A DNA stretch of 63,455 nucleotides, filler included, from Octopus bimaculoides (GCF_001194135.2; 3 parts of 3 records of this genome joined end to end with filler, not necessarily neighbours in it); one strand, 5' to 3'; numbered from the whole stretch's first letter, positions 13,174-27,300 are shown. Notes: generated from the sequence alone by a model not told the origin. Numbers and translations are program-made.

Positions 13174-14081
13174 ATTGATATCAAGGGGAGATGAAATTTT
13201 GCCCCACCCTATCGACAGGGTATGTGCATTAAGTATGATATATAGAGGGCCATTTTAATTTATTCAATACAGCTTCAATTGCGTTTACTGGAATATTATT
13301 CAGCCGAATAGCTATTCTTATCATCAGTGAATGTTTCGTTCCCGTTTTCCTATAAGAAAGGCGTATAAAGAACTTTGCCGTTAAATATTTTTCCAGGCTC
13401 CGCAACACAATTGAAAATTTAAAAAATCGCTACTTTTGGTCGAATTTTGGATTTCATGGATTATAAGTCGTAACGAATATATATTTCTACATAGCAGAAT
13501 GCAAAACAGTCAATATGGCATCCTTAAGAGGTTGTATACCAAATTCCAATACAATTGACTAATATCTTGAGGTTCAGCATTGTCTATAAAAAGTGTGAAC
13601 TTCTCTCCAGTGCCGCTGCAACGGTCGTTGCGTGTGGATGTACGTCGTACGTGTGTGAAGTTTTCTGCTTTGCACCTTGACTTTAGGCCATTGTATCAAA
13701 ATTAGTGATCGAGTTAAATTTAGTGATGCTTACATTTAGTGATGACTCATAATATATTCTTAAAAAAGATTGTACATTACAGTTTTGGCCTGTTCAAAAC
13801 CGCTAGGCCTCAAAAATCTATGCTAAAGGTATTAAATTTTTGGAAAAAAGCGAGCGAATATGTGCGACCACACGGACAAAAAAAAAAAAAAAAAAAAAAA
13901 AGAAAACGGAGAAAATGTTAAGACGATTACAAATACAAACAACAAGAACAATAACAGGTGTCTTTCGACTAAAAGGACAAAATGGCGTGTGAAGCTTGTA
14001 GCCTTACGGCAACAAATAGGAGACAGAAAAACAAGATATTGTGCGAGCGGCGTTCAGGCCAGGAAAGAAAGATCATGCTTG

Positions 14082-14142
<61 letters not shown>

Positions 14143-14306
14143 GATTTTATCAAATATGTGAGCGAGCATGCTGGTATATGGCTGTATATATGTATATTTA
14201 TTAGTGTGTATGTAGATAGATAGATAAACAGAAAGAGACGGAGAGTGAGAGAGAGAGAGAGAGAGATACAATTGTATGATGTACAAATGTGTGTAAGCAC
14301 GGACAA

Positions 14307-14357
<51 letters not shown>

Positions 14358-14778
14358 CACACACATGTATTATACCTCATATATACGCAAGCGTATATGT
14401 GCCTCCGTGTATAAATGTGAATGATGGAGGTGACATGAAATTGTTGAAATCTCTTCTAAACACAATAACAATGACAGGTTATAACAAAGATTGTAATCTA
14501 TTGGCTTGTTAGTATACCTGAGATATTGCTTCTTTATCCAGCAGCAGCTGGACAACGAATAGACAAACAGACATCTCTCCGTCTTTTTCTCTTTCTTTCT
14601 CTAAGTGCATATGTCCGCGCGCGCGCGCGCGTAAGTGAGTGTGTGTGTGAGATAGTTTGTGAGCTTCTATTTGGTTCAGTTATTGGACTGCAGCCATGCC
14701 GAGATCCCCTTTTTACAGGGACGTAATCAAACCAAAATCGATTGTCAAATGATGCTAGAGCGACAAACACACCCAAAG

Positions 14779-14900
<122 letters not shown>

Positions 14901-14902
14901 AT

Positions 14903-15058
14903 GACAGGCTTCCGCACATTTTTCTTCTACCTAATTCACTCACAAGACATTAGTTGGCCAGAGGCTTTCGTAGAAATCCCCTGCTCAAGATACCGTGTAG
15001 TGTGAACCTCACCTTGCCACCACTTGGTTGCAAGATGAGGTCCTCAACCATACAGTAG
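14903..15058 (-). mobile_element. SINE family B, diverged 5' fragment
   Basis: Contains CTACCTAATTCACTCACAAGACATTAGTTGGCCAGAGGCT...TGCTCAAGATACC. Further family B pieces lie at 8208-8270, 15485-15660, 15905-15965, 43710-43775 and 43850-44000. Confidence 0.6.
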
Positions 15059-15246
15059 AACATGTTTTAGTTTCAAATTTTGGCATAATGCTTAAATGGA
15101 CTCAAATGTTCAACTGGTACTTATTTTATTTTATTGACCCCAAAATGATGAAAACTAAAGTCGACCCCAACGAAACTTACGAATGTATGTTATCAAATGT
15201 ATTTTCACGATAGTTGAAAATCAGAGTAGACCGCCAACCTTGATAT

Positions 15247-15296
<50 letters not shown>

Positions 15297-16256
15297 GATT
15301 TTTACACCTCTTTCTCCATCAACACAACATCATTCTTCATGCTCTTGTTCAACTCATTCAGTATTTGCACTAGATTCTCTTTATTAAATCGAACAATCGC
15401 GGGCCTCGAGCTCTTCGTTGATGAAAAATGAAAATACTTTTCATATAAAGCGATTCCTGTAGCTTATTTCTTATGGGTATGTGTGTGTGTCTCCACACCC
15501 CCACCGCTTGACGTGTCGGTTTGGTTACTTCCCCCATAAAATAGCAGTTCGGCGAAAGAGAACCGTTTTTTTTTTTACAGAAATATAAGCAGAAAGCCGA
15601 GTCGTTTGATCAAACCTTACAAGATGACGCCCCAGCATGGGCGCAATCTAATCACTGACAAAATTTTCTTTTAATTTAAAAAAACATCCCAATTATTTGT
15701 TTTTCTTGTAATTTTTTTTCTTAAAGTAATTTTACAAATCAGTGTCTAATTCTGGTGTATCCGCTCTTGTTGAAACAATCCGGAACTTTTGACTTCTCAG
15801 TTTGATCTCTTCTTAGTTTCCGTTAATGCTCTTTCCGAATATGAAAATTCCTCAGAGAAGCTGACATAGTGTCACTGCGAGGTATCTTAGGTAATTGTTT
15901 TAATTATAGCCCCGGACTTGACCAACGTCTTGTGAGTGAATTTGTTAGATGGAAACTGTTCGTATACTTAGGCGCGCGTGCGCTAGTGTGTGTGCGTGTG
16001 TGTGTATGCAAAAATCGTTTATGCTGATTGCATATTGCAATCTGTAGGCAAAATCTGATGGCTTCAGCTTTTGCACCAACTCCATTTATATATTTCAATA
16101 CTTTAGGCCGTCCTTGCAACTCTGTGTGTGTATGTGTGTGTGTGTGCGTGTGTGTGTGTGTGTGTGTATGTGTGTATAGATATAGAGACATAGATAGATA
16201 CATAGATACATAGATACATACATATATATATAAATACATGCATACATATACATATA

Positions 16257-16295
<39 letters not shown>

Positions 16296-16461
16296 NNNNN
16301 NNNNNATATACATATACATATACATATACATACACACACACACATATATATATATATACATACATGCATAATACCTACATATATATAAGTTCATATATAA
16401 CTATGAATGGATGAGATGTATACGCGTATGTCCGTATATATGTGAGTGTGTGTGTGTGTGT

Positions 16462-16534
<73 letters not shown>

Positions 16535-16543
16535 CGTGCGTGC

Positions 16544-17410
16544 GGTTATAGGAAATTTCGCCGTAAGAAATTTCGCAGTTGGAAAATTCGCCGTATAGGG
16601 AAAAAGAAAATTCGCCGGAGGAAAATTAGCTTTAAAGAAAAAAAAAAATTGCAAGGCGAAGAATAAAGCCAATATTTCCTATAGAATTATGGTATGTTTT
16701 CGAAAGAACTCAGAATAATATGATCAGAACAAACAACAGTATAGAAGGCTTCCACAATGCAATGCAAAGCTCTGTTACTAACATGCATCGAAATATCTGG
16801 AAACTCATAACATTTAAAAAAGGAAGATAGCGATAGCAAAAAAAGAAAAAAAAGTGTCATTTAGATCGAAGAGATGCAGCAGAGATGAAGACAAAGTATA
16901 GCGATTTTAATGCAAGACTTCAGAGTCAAATGCTTTGATACAATCCGTAGTGAAAGTATATTACTTACGCAGCATTTCTTGGAATTTTCATACGCTTTAA
17001 ATGACCTCATCACAGTTTTTTTTCTTTTAATGTTTGACGTTGAATAGAGATTTGCCTATTTCATGCTTTTATAAAACTTTTAATCATACTTTTTCTTTAT
17101 ATTTAAAAAGGAATGCAAATATAATACGCTTTATCAATGTCCATTCGGCGAATTTGCCTTGCGGTGAATTTTCCTATACGACAAATTTGTGTTAGGTGAA
17201 TTTTCCTATACGGTAAATTTGTTTTACAGTGAATTTCCCTATACGGCGAATATGTCTTACGGTGAAATTCCCTATATGGCAATTTTGTCTTACGGTGAAT
17301 TTCCCTATACAGTGAATTTTTCTTACAGTGAATTTCTCTATATAGCAAAATCTCATACAACAGCAAATTTTTTTCATAGCAAAAATGCTTACTGTGAATT
17401 TTCCGGATAC
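16544..17410 (+). mobile_element. Non-autonomous MULE (Mutator-like) element with tandem-repeat (foldback-type) ends
   Basis: Transposase C-terminal remnant at ~16675-16980 reads FPIELWYVFERTQNNMIRTNNSIEGFHNAMQSSVTNMHRNIWKLI. Left end has GAAATTTCGCCGTA-type units (16550-16626); right end has the inverse ACGGTGAATTT-type array (17145-17405). Confidence 0.75.
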
Positions 17411-17624
17411 AGATTTCTCTGTTTGCTTTTATTAGTTTGGTTTTTGCTTCCATCAGAAATTATTTCCATTCCACAACTTCTTACAGTAGTGATACATATT
17501 GTTAAAACTTCAAGTTCTTCCCAGCTTGAGTTTTAGAGTTTAAACAAGGGGACTGAAGCTGGGTGATGATATTAGTACCTTAGAGTTGATGTTGGGTTTT
17601 AAACTGTGTTGTTTTGTAGTTCTT

Positions 17625-17685
<61 letters not shown>

Positions 17686-19292
17686 NNNNNNNNNNNNNNN
17701 NNNNNNNNNNNNNNNNNNNNNNNNNNNNNNNNNNNNNNNNNNNNNNNNNNNNNNNNNNNNNNNNNNNNNNNNNNNNNNNNNNNNNNNNNNNNNNNNNNNN
17801 NNNNNNNNNNNNNNNNNNNNNNNNNNNNNNNNNNNNNNNNNNNNNNNNNNNNNNNNNNNNNNNNNNNNNNNNNNNNNNNNNNNNNNNNNNNNNNNNNNNN
17901 NNNNNNNNNNNNNNNNNNNNNNNNNNNNNNNNNNNNNNNNNNNNNNNNNNNNNNNNNNNNNNNNNNNNNNNNNNNNNNNNNNNNNNNNNNNNNNNNNNNN
18001 NNNNNNNNNNNNNNNNNNNNNNNNATATATATATATATATATATATATATAAGTCAGGGTGAGGCCAGGAGATATACAAGAATTCACGAAAAGTGAAATA
18101 TAAATACTTTAGCGGACCTAAAGATGTGTAGTGGACAAATATACCGATGCAATCTGTGTAAATAAATAGTCTACAATTATACATACAGTAACACTGGTTC
18201 ATGTCAAATTATGCAATTATTCAAAATACATATATGGTCATTATGTATGCATGCGTGTATGTATGTATGTATGTATGTATGTATGTATGTATGTGTGCAG
18301 ATTTTTATGTTTTGTTTTATGTATGTATTCTCATGCATATAGTTGCATATCTAGACATGCTCATATATATTTAAATGATAAACTTCTGGAAAGTTTACAG
18401 CTTTTTACAGTTCAAGTGATGGTTTTGGATCTGTAGTCTTCGAATTAGCTTTCTCTTTTCTGGTTTTGGGAAACGGTGAGTTTAAATCAAATGACATCAC
18501 TTTGAACATATCTATGTCTATGTATGTGTCTGTAGACGTACAAATATATGTATCTGTGTGTGTGTATATATGTGTGTGTGTATGTGTTTGTTTGTGTGTG
18601 AGTGTGTGTGTGTGTGGGGTCTGTGTGTGCGTGTATATGCAAATAAACTAGCAGACATTGGGTGGTAAAATAATAAAACGAAAGGTAGGAGTTGGATCTG
18701 CTTCACCGTAACTTGCTATATATTCTACAAATTCTACAAATGCTTTTGTTAAATGTTGTCCCTGCACAAGGTAATTATTAATTGTAGTAGAAGATTTATA
18801 ATGAAGGTTAAGTGATAAGTAATTTGTGGTGTAAATAGTTATGCTATTAATTTTGGCTAGATTTGCAGATACTATATAATTTTACCAAAATTAGCAAAAG
18901 CACCTCAAATATCACAGGCACTTAAGTAGAAAGGCAATCAGAATGTTTTACACGACCTCGAACATATCTGAGAAACTCCTAACCTTGCCAAAATTGATAA
19001 AATAATTATTAGCTTCAAATTACTCACCTCTTAATATTAATTGTGACTGACATACTCCTAATAATTATTCTATACAGGAAGAGTGTTTAATCCAAAGCAC
19101 TTGTATAGCGAGCTACTCCATTCCCTTCTTACAGAGGACTTAGAGCGAAGTCCTTCAAATCTAGATTTATCCAAAACCTTTAAACACGAACAAAACAAAA
19201 ACATTGGCAACAACTGTATCCTTTCGTATATGGGGATCTGAAGAATTTTAACATACCATTTAACATTTGTAAAATCCTATATTGGATATAAT

Positions 19293-19442
19293 TATATTCT
19301 TTGCTACTCTAGGCTCGAGGCCCGAAATTTTTGGGGAAGAGGCCAGTCGATTACATTGACCTCAGTATGCAATTGGTACTTAATTTATCGACCCCGAAAG
19401 GATGAAAGGCAAAGTCGAGCTCGGCGGAATTTGAACTCAGAA
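19293..19442 (-). mobile_element. tRNA-derived SINE family A, 3' two-thirds
   Basis: Reverse complement reads GTTCTGAGTTCAAATTCCGCCGAGCTCGACTTTGCCTTTCATCCTTTCGGGGTCGATAAATTAAGTACCA... Confidence 0.8.
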
Positions 19443-19449
19443 CAATATA

Positions 19450-19617
19450 GGTGCAGGTGTGGCTGTGTGGTAAGAAGCTTGTTTCCAAACCACATGGTTC
19501 CAGGTTCAGACCCACTGCGTAGCATCTTGGGCAAGTATCTTCTACTATAGCTTCGGGTCGACCAACGCCTTGTGAGTGGATTTGGTAGACGAGAACTGGA
19601 AGAAGCAAGTCTTATGT

Positions 19618-19650
<33 letters not shown>

Positions 19651-19985
19651 NNNNNNNNNNNNNNNNNNNNNNNNNNNNNNNNNNNNNNNNNNNNNNNNNN
19701 NNNNNNNNNNNNNNNNNNNNNNNNNNNNNNNNNNNNATGTATGTATCTATAAATCTATGTATGTGTGTCTGTGTCTGTGTTTGTCTCTCACCCCACCCCA
19801 CTCCACTGTTTGACAACCGGTGTTGGTGTGTTTGCATCCCCGTAACTTAACGATTCGGCAAAAGGGACCTATAGAATCGATTAAAAAAAATTAAGTCACA
19901 GAGTCGATTACTTCGTCTAAAAATCCTTTGGTCGGTGCTCCAGCATGGTCACAGTCAGATCACTGAAAGAAGTAAAACAATAAAA
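19450..19985 (+). mobile_element. tRNA-derived SINE, family B (octopus OR-like), full length with internal microsatellite and gap
   Basis: Reads GGTGTGGCTGTGTGGTAAG (box A), GGTTCAGACCC (box B), TTGGGCAAGT, GTGAGTGGATTTGGTAGACG, a TA/TG tract, CCCGTAACTTAACGATTCGGCAAAA, and ends GCTCCAGCATGG...CTGAAAGAAGTAAAA. Confidence 0.85.
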
Positions 19986-21128
19986 GAAAATAATATATAT
20001 CTTTACTTTATCTTTTACCTGTAAAATAAAAGACAAAAAAAAAAAGAAGGAAAAAAAACGCATTGAAAGACACACTCCGTTGCCACCAACTTCTTCAGTT
20101 ACCGCCTAAAAAATCTTCATAATAGATTTAATTCTGGTCGGAGTGCCATGTGGGTTTCTCATGTCTATTACACTTCAATTAATCCTTTGTTGATTTTAAT
20201 TATTGCTCAAAAAACTTGGCCTGAGTTCGTGCCAGTTCATGAAAGAAGATTTTTTTTTAACAGTTAATTAGCGATTCGTTAACAAAGATTGCAATAGATG
20301 TCTGTTTGGAGATATTGACAGTAATATACTGAGGTAGTTTGACATATTAATTAGTAATGACCTACATAGGTGTAGCAATCTGTGTGTGTGCGTGTGTGTG
20401 CATGTGCGTACGTTCGTTTGTGTGTCTGCATGAATATCTATGTTACTGTGTGCGTGTATGTAAGTACGTGTGCTTGTATGATTATATATACATACATATA
20501 TACATACATGTACTCACATACACTCACACATATACACATATTGACTCAGGCATGTTTTAGACAAACCACTGTGATTAGTATCCGATGCTTTTGTTGTGCT
20601 TTCACTCGCCTTACTCCCGCTCCTACCCCATCCACACCTATCCACTTCGTCTTGTATTCAACATAACCACAGTGAGACAGTCATTAACTATTCATTAACT
20701 CTCACTAATTAGTCCCACTTAGAGACAAATAAGAACACACAACAGGACAACGAAATTACACCATCTGTCTTTGATATATACCTTTATTTATCACAACAAT
20801 TTCAATTGTTTAATCGTTGTTTTTTTTCTCTTTCCTCTCAACCGCAAATACCTCATACTTTCACTTTTATTTCTATCTTTTTCATTCTCATCGCCGCATT
20901 TTTACGCACGTATGCATACATGCATGCGTGGAACGAGAGATAGACAGATAAATAAACATATAGATACATACATATACACATGCGCACACATATGTAAATA
21001 TTTGTATTATTTTGTTTGTGTTAAGCATCAAATATTACGGATGCATTTCTGTGTGTGTGTGTGCGTGTGTATAAATACATATATACACTACGTACTCACC
21101 AACACACGCATACACTCACACATATATG

Positions 21129-21204
<76 letters not shown>

Positions 21205-21431
21205 CATATATATGCGAGTGTGTTTGTGAGAAACATGCGTATAATTTATATTTTCACATACGTATATTACGCGTGCTTCCTGGTGCTATACTTCTCAACT
21301 CTTTAAAATACTCACACGTATACGTACACTCACTCCCTTTCACTCACCCTCTTATATACTCACATGCATGCATTCACATTCACACATTCTCCCTCTCTTT
21401 CTCTCACTATCTCTCTCTCCCTCTGTCTCTT

Positions 21432-21500
<69 letters not shown>

Positions 21501-22491
21501 CAACCCATCCGGCGTTCTAATTTCAACGTCCAACTCACTCCACGTAAGTATGTTCCTAAGGCTCAATTTAACTATTGTTGTCATCTTATCTCTCCATGGC
21601 CTGTTTATTTTCTAGACTTAATCTTCTCTAAATAGATGGATCAATTCAACGCCTAATCTAACAACCACCTTCCTTCCGCCTTCTCTATCGTCTGCTTAAA
21701 ATTTCCTCAATCTTACGATGTTTCCGCCATGTTTGCATTGTTTCTTTCTCGTAATGGTTTCTTCCTTCGTTTTGTCTTGTTTTGTTTTCGCTCTCTTCTT
21801 TTGTACTGTTAATGTATAGCATTGTGTTATGGTTTAATTTAATCATCAAAAACATCGTAGTTAGTCATTAAGGACTGTTGTTTATTAAGGACAGCTAAGT
21901 TCGTGACCCGCTTTTCATACCCGGATGTGAAAACCAATTCACTTCAATGATAATGACTAAATGTTGTCTGAGAAAGGTATGAACGTCGCATCACACACAC
22001 ACACACACATACACACACGCACACACACACATCATGCACACACGTATCATAAAAGCATACACGTAGAACAGTGATTGAAATCACCACAAATAATACTACC
22101 AGCACCACCATGTTCTTGGGTACCTTTAGCAAGCATTCGGGCCAAATCTCCAGCATCAGATTAATTCCTCCCTTCCTTCAATCCGTTCCAACAGCCTTGG
22201 AAACTCTGAAAAAGAGTAAAAACTAGCGGTTGACGACCTTCTCTCGTTGATTGAGGGGTCAAAATTACACACGTACTTACATATTGATACACATACCTAC
22301 GCAGTCACTTCCCATTTTTGATAAATATGAAATCTTATATGTATCAGAGATCAACTCGGAGCAGCAATATCAACTATGAGCAATTAAGTAAAGAGACGCC
22401 CATTATGTGTGTGTGTGTGTGTGTTTGTTTGTGTGTATATACATATATTTATCTATCTGTAAATATGAATGCATGTAAGCATGTAAGTATG

Positions 22492-22562
<71 letters not shown>

Positions 22563-22693
22563 GGCAAGGAGAAGCAGGTTACTGTCAATCCCTATATATT
22601 TATGATTATATNNNNNNNNNNNNNNNNNNNNNNNNNNNNNNNNNNNNNAACAAAGAAACAAAAAAACAACAAAGTGAGGACGTGATATGGATA

Positions 22694-22727
<34 letters not shown>

Positions 22728-22957
22728 TTTAAATTCGTTTATGGGATACATTTTGAATATGCAAATAAAGCTTCTATTCCATTATGACGGGTACAGTCTA
22801 ATGATGTTGACTGGTGAACAAATTTTGGGGGGATTGCACCGAACTGCACCGTTGCACAGACCGTAACAGACTGTCAGATACCGGCCATGATGAAATACCA
22901 CAAGGTATTGAAAATACGTATTCGCCTTTATATATTTAATCCTTTATATTGAACACT

Positions 22958-23030
22958 CAATATTTCATATATTCAATAAGACATATTCCATATATTCAAT
23001 AAGACATATTCCATATATTCAATAAGACAT
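22958..23030. repeat. 23-bp minisatellite, 3 copies
   Basis: Unit catattccatatattcaataaga, period 23. Confidence 0.9.
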
Positions 23031-23222
23031 TGAGTACTTCATTTCATTGTACCATCCATTTTTATATTATATATTATATATTCCATATTCTATATCCCAC
23101 ATTAATTTTACAAGAATATAAATAAAACATAAAAAAACAGACAGAGTTGGAACTCTTTTAAATAAAATAATATATTCCTCTATACACGATCATACAAAAC
23201 CCTTTTGTTGTATTTATTTTTA

Positions 23223-23325
<103 letters not shown>

Positions 23326-23635
23326 GACACTAATTATATTTGTCAGTCGCTATGTCATTCGTAAACTACGTTCAATAGCAAAATTGGTTGGAAACGCTTA
23401 CAAGAAACACTAGAAATGATTTGATTTAGTTTATGAACAAGACCAAAGTTTAAGGAAGCAGATAATTCAATGCTTGAATGTGAACATGTGTGCACAGGCG
23501 CACGCGTATACAGACGGACACACATACTTACATACACAAACGCACATAAACATACCTGCACTTATATGTACACGCACATACACACACACACACATACACA
23601 CACACACAGACACACAAACGTACACACACACTTGT

Positions 23636-23684
<49 letters not shown>

Positions 23685-23848
23685 TACAGGTGTTTTTGTG
23701 CCCAGGGCACACTGCATGTATGTGTGAGTGTGTGTGTGTATAATTTTTTATATATTTGTAAATATACTTAATATATATGTATATATATAATTTCTATATA
23801 TGTGTGTGTCTATATATATATATATGTATATGTGTGTGTGTGTGTGTG

Positions 23849-23920
<72 letters not shown>

Positions 23921-23922
<2 letters not shown>

Positions 23923-24913
23923 CGATGTGCTATCAAAAGGTTCCCGGACTCGTTATATTATCTATAAAAGGCAAATTTTCAGTGTGTGTGTATGTTTGAA
24001 ATTTATACATTTACACAATTCCAAATTTCTTGTGTTTAATAAAAAAAAAAAGAAACTTATTACCTAAGTTTTAAAAGAATCTCCTTCGAAATAGTCACCT
24101 TGCGCAGCAATACATTAGTTCCAGCGTTCCTACCACTTTGGGAATCCGGTCTGGAAGTTGTTTTCTGTAAGCGAGTCGAGGACCTTCTGCGATTCGCTCT
24201 GGATTTCGACAACGGTGTTAATCGGCGATCTTTGAGTTGCATTTTCATCTTGGGGAAGAGATGGAAGACCGCTGGGGCTGAATCTGACGAATAGGGTGGG
24301 TGCGGAAGCGATACTATGTTATTTTTGGCGAGAAACTCACGAGTGAGGAGAGCTTTGTGATTGGGTGCATTGTTGTCCTGAAGAATCTAATTCTTCTCGT
24401 TCCACACATCCGGTCGCTCACGCCGAAGTCTTCCCTCAAACGCTTCAAAATGTCGCAGTTGAACTCTTAATTGACGATCTCGTCCGGGCGGACGAATTCT
24501 CGATGCACGATACCACATTTCTGGTGTGGCGTTCGTGGCAGGTCTTCCAGAATGCTCATCGTCTTCCATGGATGATCCTCCGTTTTTGAAGCACCCGTGC
24601 CACTCGAAACATTGCGTACAACCCATTGCCTCGTCGCCGTAAGCTTGTCGAGGCATACTCAGTTTCTCTGTTGCAGACTTCCCAAGTCTAACGCAAAATT
24701 TCACGTTGCCGCTCTGTTTCAACTTCCTGCCTTGACAAAATCGCAGACTACAGCATACACGTGATCACAAAAACACAAATTTCACGACTTGTGAAGTAAA
24801 CACAGCGTTGCCACTCGGCACACTGCCTCATGAAGGTCACTGCGCACGCAGCCGTGTGGTGCCATCTGTTGGTGCGCTACAGAACTAGTCCGGGAACTTT
24901 TTGATACTACTTC

Positions 24914-24916
<3 letters not shown>
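23921..24916 (-). mobile_element. Mariner element with both ~30-bp TIRs and an internally deleted, degenerate transposase
   Basis: TIRs are TACGATGTGCTATCAAAAGGTTCCCGGACT and (reverse complement) TACGAAGTAGTATCAAAAAGTTCCCGGACT, with TA ends. Minus strand reads MKQSGNVKFCVRLGKSATE...EDDEHSGRP, joined directly to VHREFV...LPHPPYSSDSAP...HLFPKMKMQLK...QGDYFEGD. Confidence 0.93.
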
Positions 24917-24948
<32 letters not shown>

Positions 24949-25916
24949 ATTTAAATATTTGTATATACATATGTGTCTATAAAGATAGAAATACCTGCCC
25001 CAGCATGGTCACAGTCTAATGACTGAAACAAGCAAAATATATACTCTTGCTACGTATGTATTTATGTGTGTGTGTGTGTGTGTGTGTGTGTATTACATAT
25101 TTATGTACTCTGTAAGACTGTACTTTTAAAATAGAGAAAGACAGAAACTCAAGAAAGAATGGAAAAAAGAAACAGACAGACAGACAGACAGACAGAGAAA
25201 AACAGTGAAAGAGAGAAAGGAAGAGAACGCTAATTAAATTACAAAGCTATGTATGTATGTTTGTATGTATGTATGTATGCATGTATGTGTGTGTGTGTGA
25301 ATATATATANNNNNNNNNNNNNNNNNNNNNNNNNNNNNNNNNNNNNNNNNNNNNNNNNNNNNNNNNNNNNNNNNNNNNNNNNNNNNNNNNNNNNNNNNNN
25401 NNNNNNNNNNNNNNNNNNNNNNNNNNNNNNNNNNNNNNNNNNNNNNNNNNNNNNNNNNNNNNNNNNNNNNNNNNNNNNNNNNNNNNNNNNNNNNNNNNNN
25501 NNNNNNNNNNNNNNNNNNNNNNNNNNNNNNNNNNNNNNNNNNNNNNNNNNNNNNNNNNNNNNNNNNNNNNNNNNNNNNNNNNNNNNNNNNNNNNNNNNNN
25601 NNNNNNNNNNNNNNNNNNNNNNNNNNNNNNNNNNNNNNNNNNNNNNNNNNNNNNNNNNNNNNNNNNNNNNNNNNNNNNNNNNNNNNNNNNNNNNNNNNNN
25701 NNNNNNNNNNNNNNNNNNNNNNNNNNNNNNNNNNNNNNNNNNNNNNNNNNNNNNNNNNNNNNNNNNNNNNNNNNNNNNNNNNNNNNNNNNNNNNNNNNNN
25801 NNNNNNNNNNNNNNNNNNNNNNNNNNNNNNNNNNNNNNNNNNNNNNNNNNNNNNNNNNNNNNNNNNNNNNNNNNNNNNNNNNNNNNNNNNNNNNNNNNNN
25901 NNNNNNNNNNNNNNNN

Positions 25917-25957
<41 letters not shown>

Positions 25958-26256
25958 CACGTCGACGTAAAGGCTCTCTGTATTTTCCGTGATGGTGATA
26001 GAACCGAAGCTAGTGATAAATAACGGTAGAATCTCTGATGGCACAAACTCTTCCATTAGGAGGAAGTGAGATTGTTTAAATAAATGCAGTTATTGTGAGG
26101 AAAGGAAAACGTCTAACAATTCGGGTTAAAACCACCTTTATCAAAGAAGAAACGAGAGTGAATCATGTGTTGACGTTGAAGTTTATCCAAACCATTTCCG
26201 AATGCATTTCACTTTTCCTTTCTTTATGGCTAGCTACATTTATTTAAACTACTTCG

Positions 26257-26668
26257 TTTAATCATGAGTTATTTTTTGATGAAATTAACGCTTACCGGTT
26301 TCCTTCTTCCATTTTGAATTTTACTTACTGTTGCAACATTCACCCATTATCGTTTTGTAAATGTTTCCGTGATAATTAAACTGGTTTTAGCTGACACAAA
26401 TTGCTACTGCACACCTTTGTTTCTAATGTTTAACAAACGAAACTGTATATTGCATTACATATTCTGTTGTATATTCTGACACGTATTTTATTTCATATCC
26501 TCTTTCCTCTTATGTTACATCTTTTACATATTCTGTCATGTGTCTTATTCTGTATTGTCTTTCACATTGTGTTATGTATTCTCTCACATATTCTGTTTAA
26601 TCATGAGTTATTTCTTGATGAAGTTAACACTTACCGGTTTCCTTCTCCCATTTTGAATTTTACTTACT
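26257..26668 (+). repeat. ~74-bp direct duplication (26257-26329 and 26595-26668) just upstream of the ENPP exon
   Basis: gtttaatcatgagttattt..tgatgaa.ttaac.cttaccggtttccttct.ccattttgaattttacttact occurs twice, with short ttacatattctg-like repeats between. Confidence 0.85.
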
Positions 26669-26774
26669 CTTACATGTGCTGTCACTTATCTCATATCCTA
26701 GTCGTTATTTTGTTACATATTCTGATATATAGTTATATATATATATATATATATTATGCTACATATTTTTTCAG

Positions 26775-26923
26775 GCTTATATTCCGAAGATCATGGATTT
26801 ATCGATAATAAGATGTATGACCCGAAACATAAGACCGAGTTTTTGTTAGGTTTCAATCGGGAGCAATATGACAGCTACTGGTGGGATGATGGAGACCCTT
26901 TATGGATAACTGCCAAACGTCAG
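26775..26923 (+). CDS. ENPP6: Internal coding exon of an ENPP6-like ectonucleotide pyrophosphatase/phosphodiesterase (alkaline phosphatase superfamily)
   Basis: Acceptor ttttttcag| at 26773-26774 and donor CAG|gtgaga at 26924. The 149-bp exon reads (G)LYSEDHGFIDNKMYDPKHKTEFLLGFNREQYDSYWWDDGDPLWITAKRQ, matching the ENPP segment after the catalytic motif (TGLYPESHGIIDNKMYDPK...W...EPIWVTA). Phase 1 in, phase 0 out. Confidence 0.9.
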
Positions 26924-27300
26924 GTGAGAGCTGTCTCCTTTTTCTGCTTATTATTGCTAAACAACGGCAAACGGCTAAGTCGACAACAATGACTGGAAAT
27001 GTGATTGGCTTCACTACCGCCGGTAGCTTCCTTACCTTCAATTAACATTACCAGAAATCGTTCCTTCTAGAAATTTGAAACCGACAATAACGTTTATAAA
27101 TTCATGTTCTTCAATCCTTTATTAAATCAGGGTCCAGTTTCTCTCTCTCATAAATAATATATAACTATATGCATATATCCATACATATAGGTACATACCT
27201 CTATATCTATATGTATACATATATACATATCTGTCAGTGTGCAGTTTGAATATGTGTGTTTGATGTACATATTCATGGTATTTTTGTTATTCTGTTGTAG

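Noticed and set aside
13300-13345. Minus-strand GAAAC...CTGATGA hammerhead-like words
   Set aside because: Order and spacing leave no room for stems I or III, so no valid topology.
17145-17405. CRISPR-like array
   Set aside because: The units are contiguous with no unique spacers, the context is eukaryotic and there are no cas genes. Explained as MULE subterminal repeats.
22772-22790. FYSIMTG|gt, resembling the end of the missing ENPP catalytic exon
   Set aside because: An in-frame TAA lies two codons upstream, and there is no upstream DGFR or FP..YPN similarity or credible acceptor.
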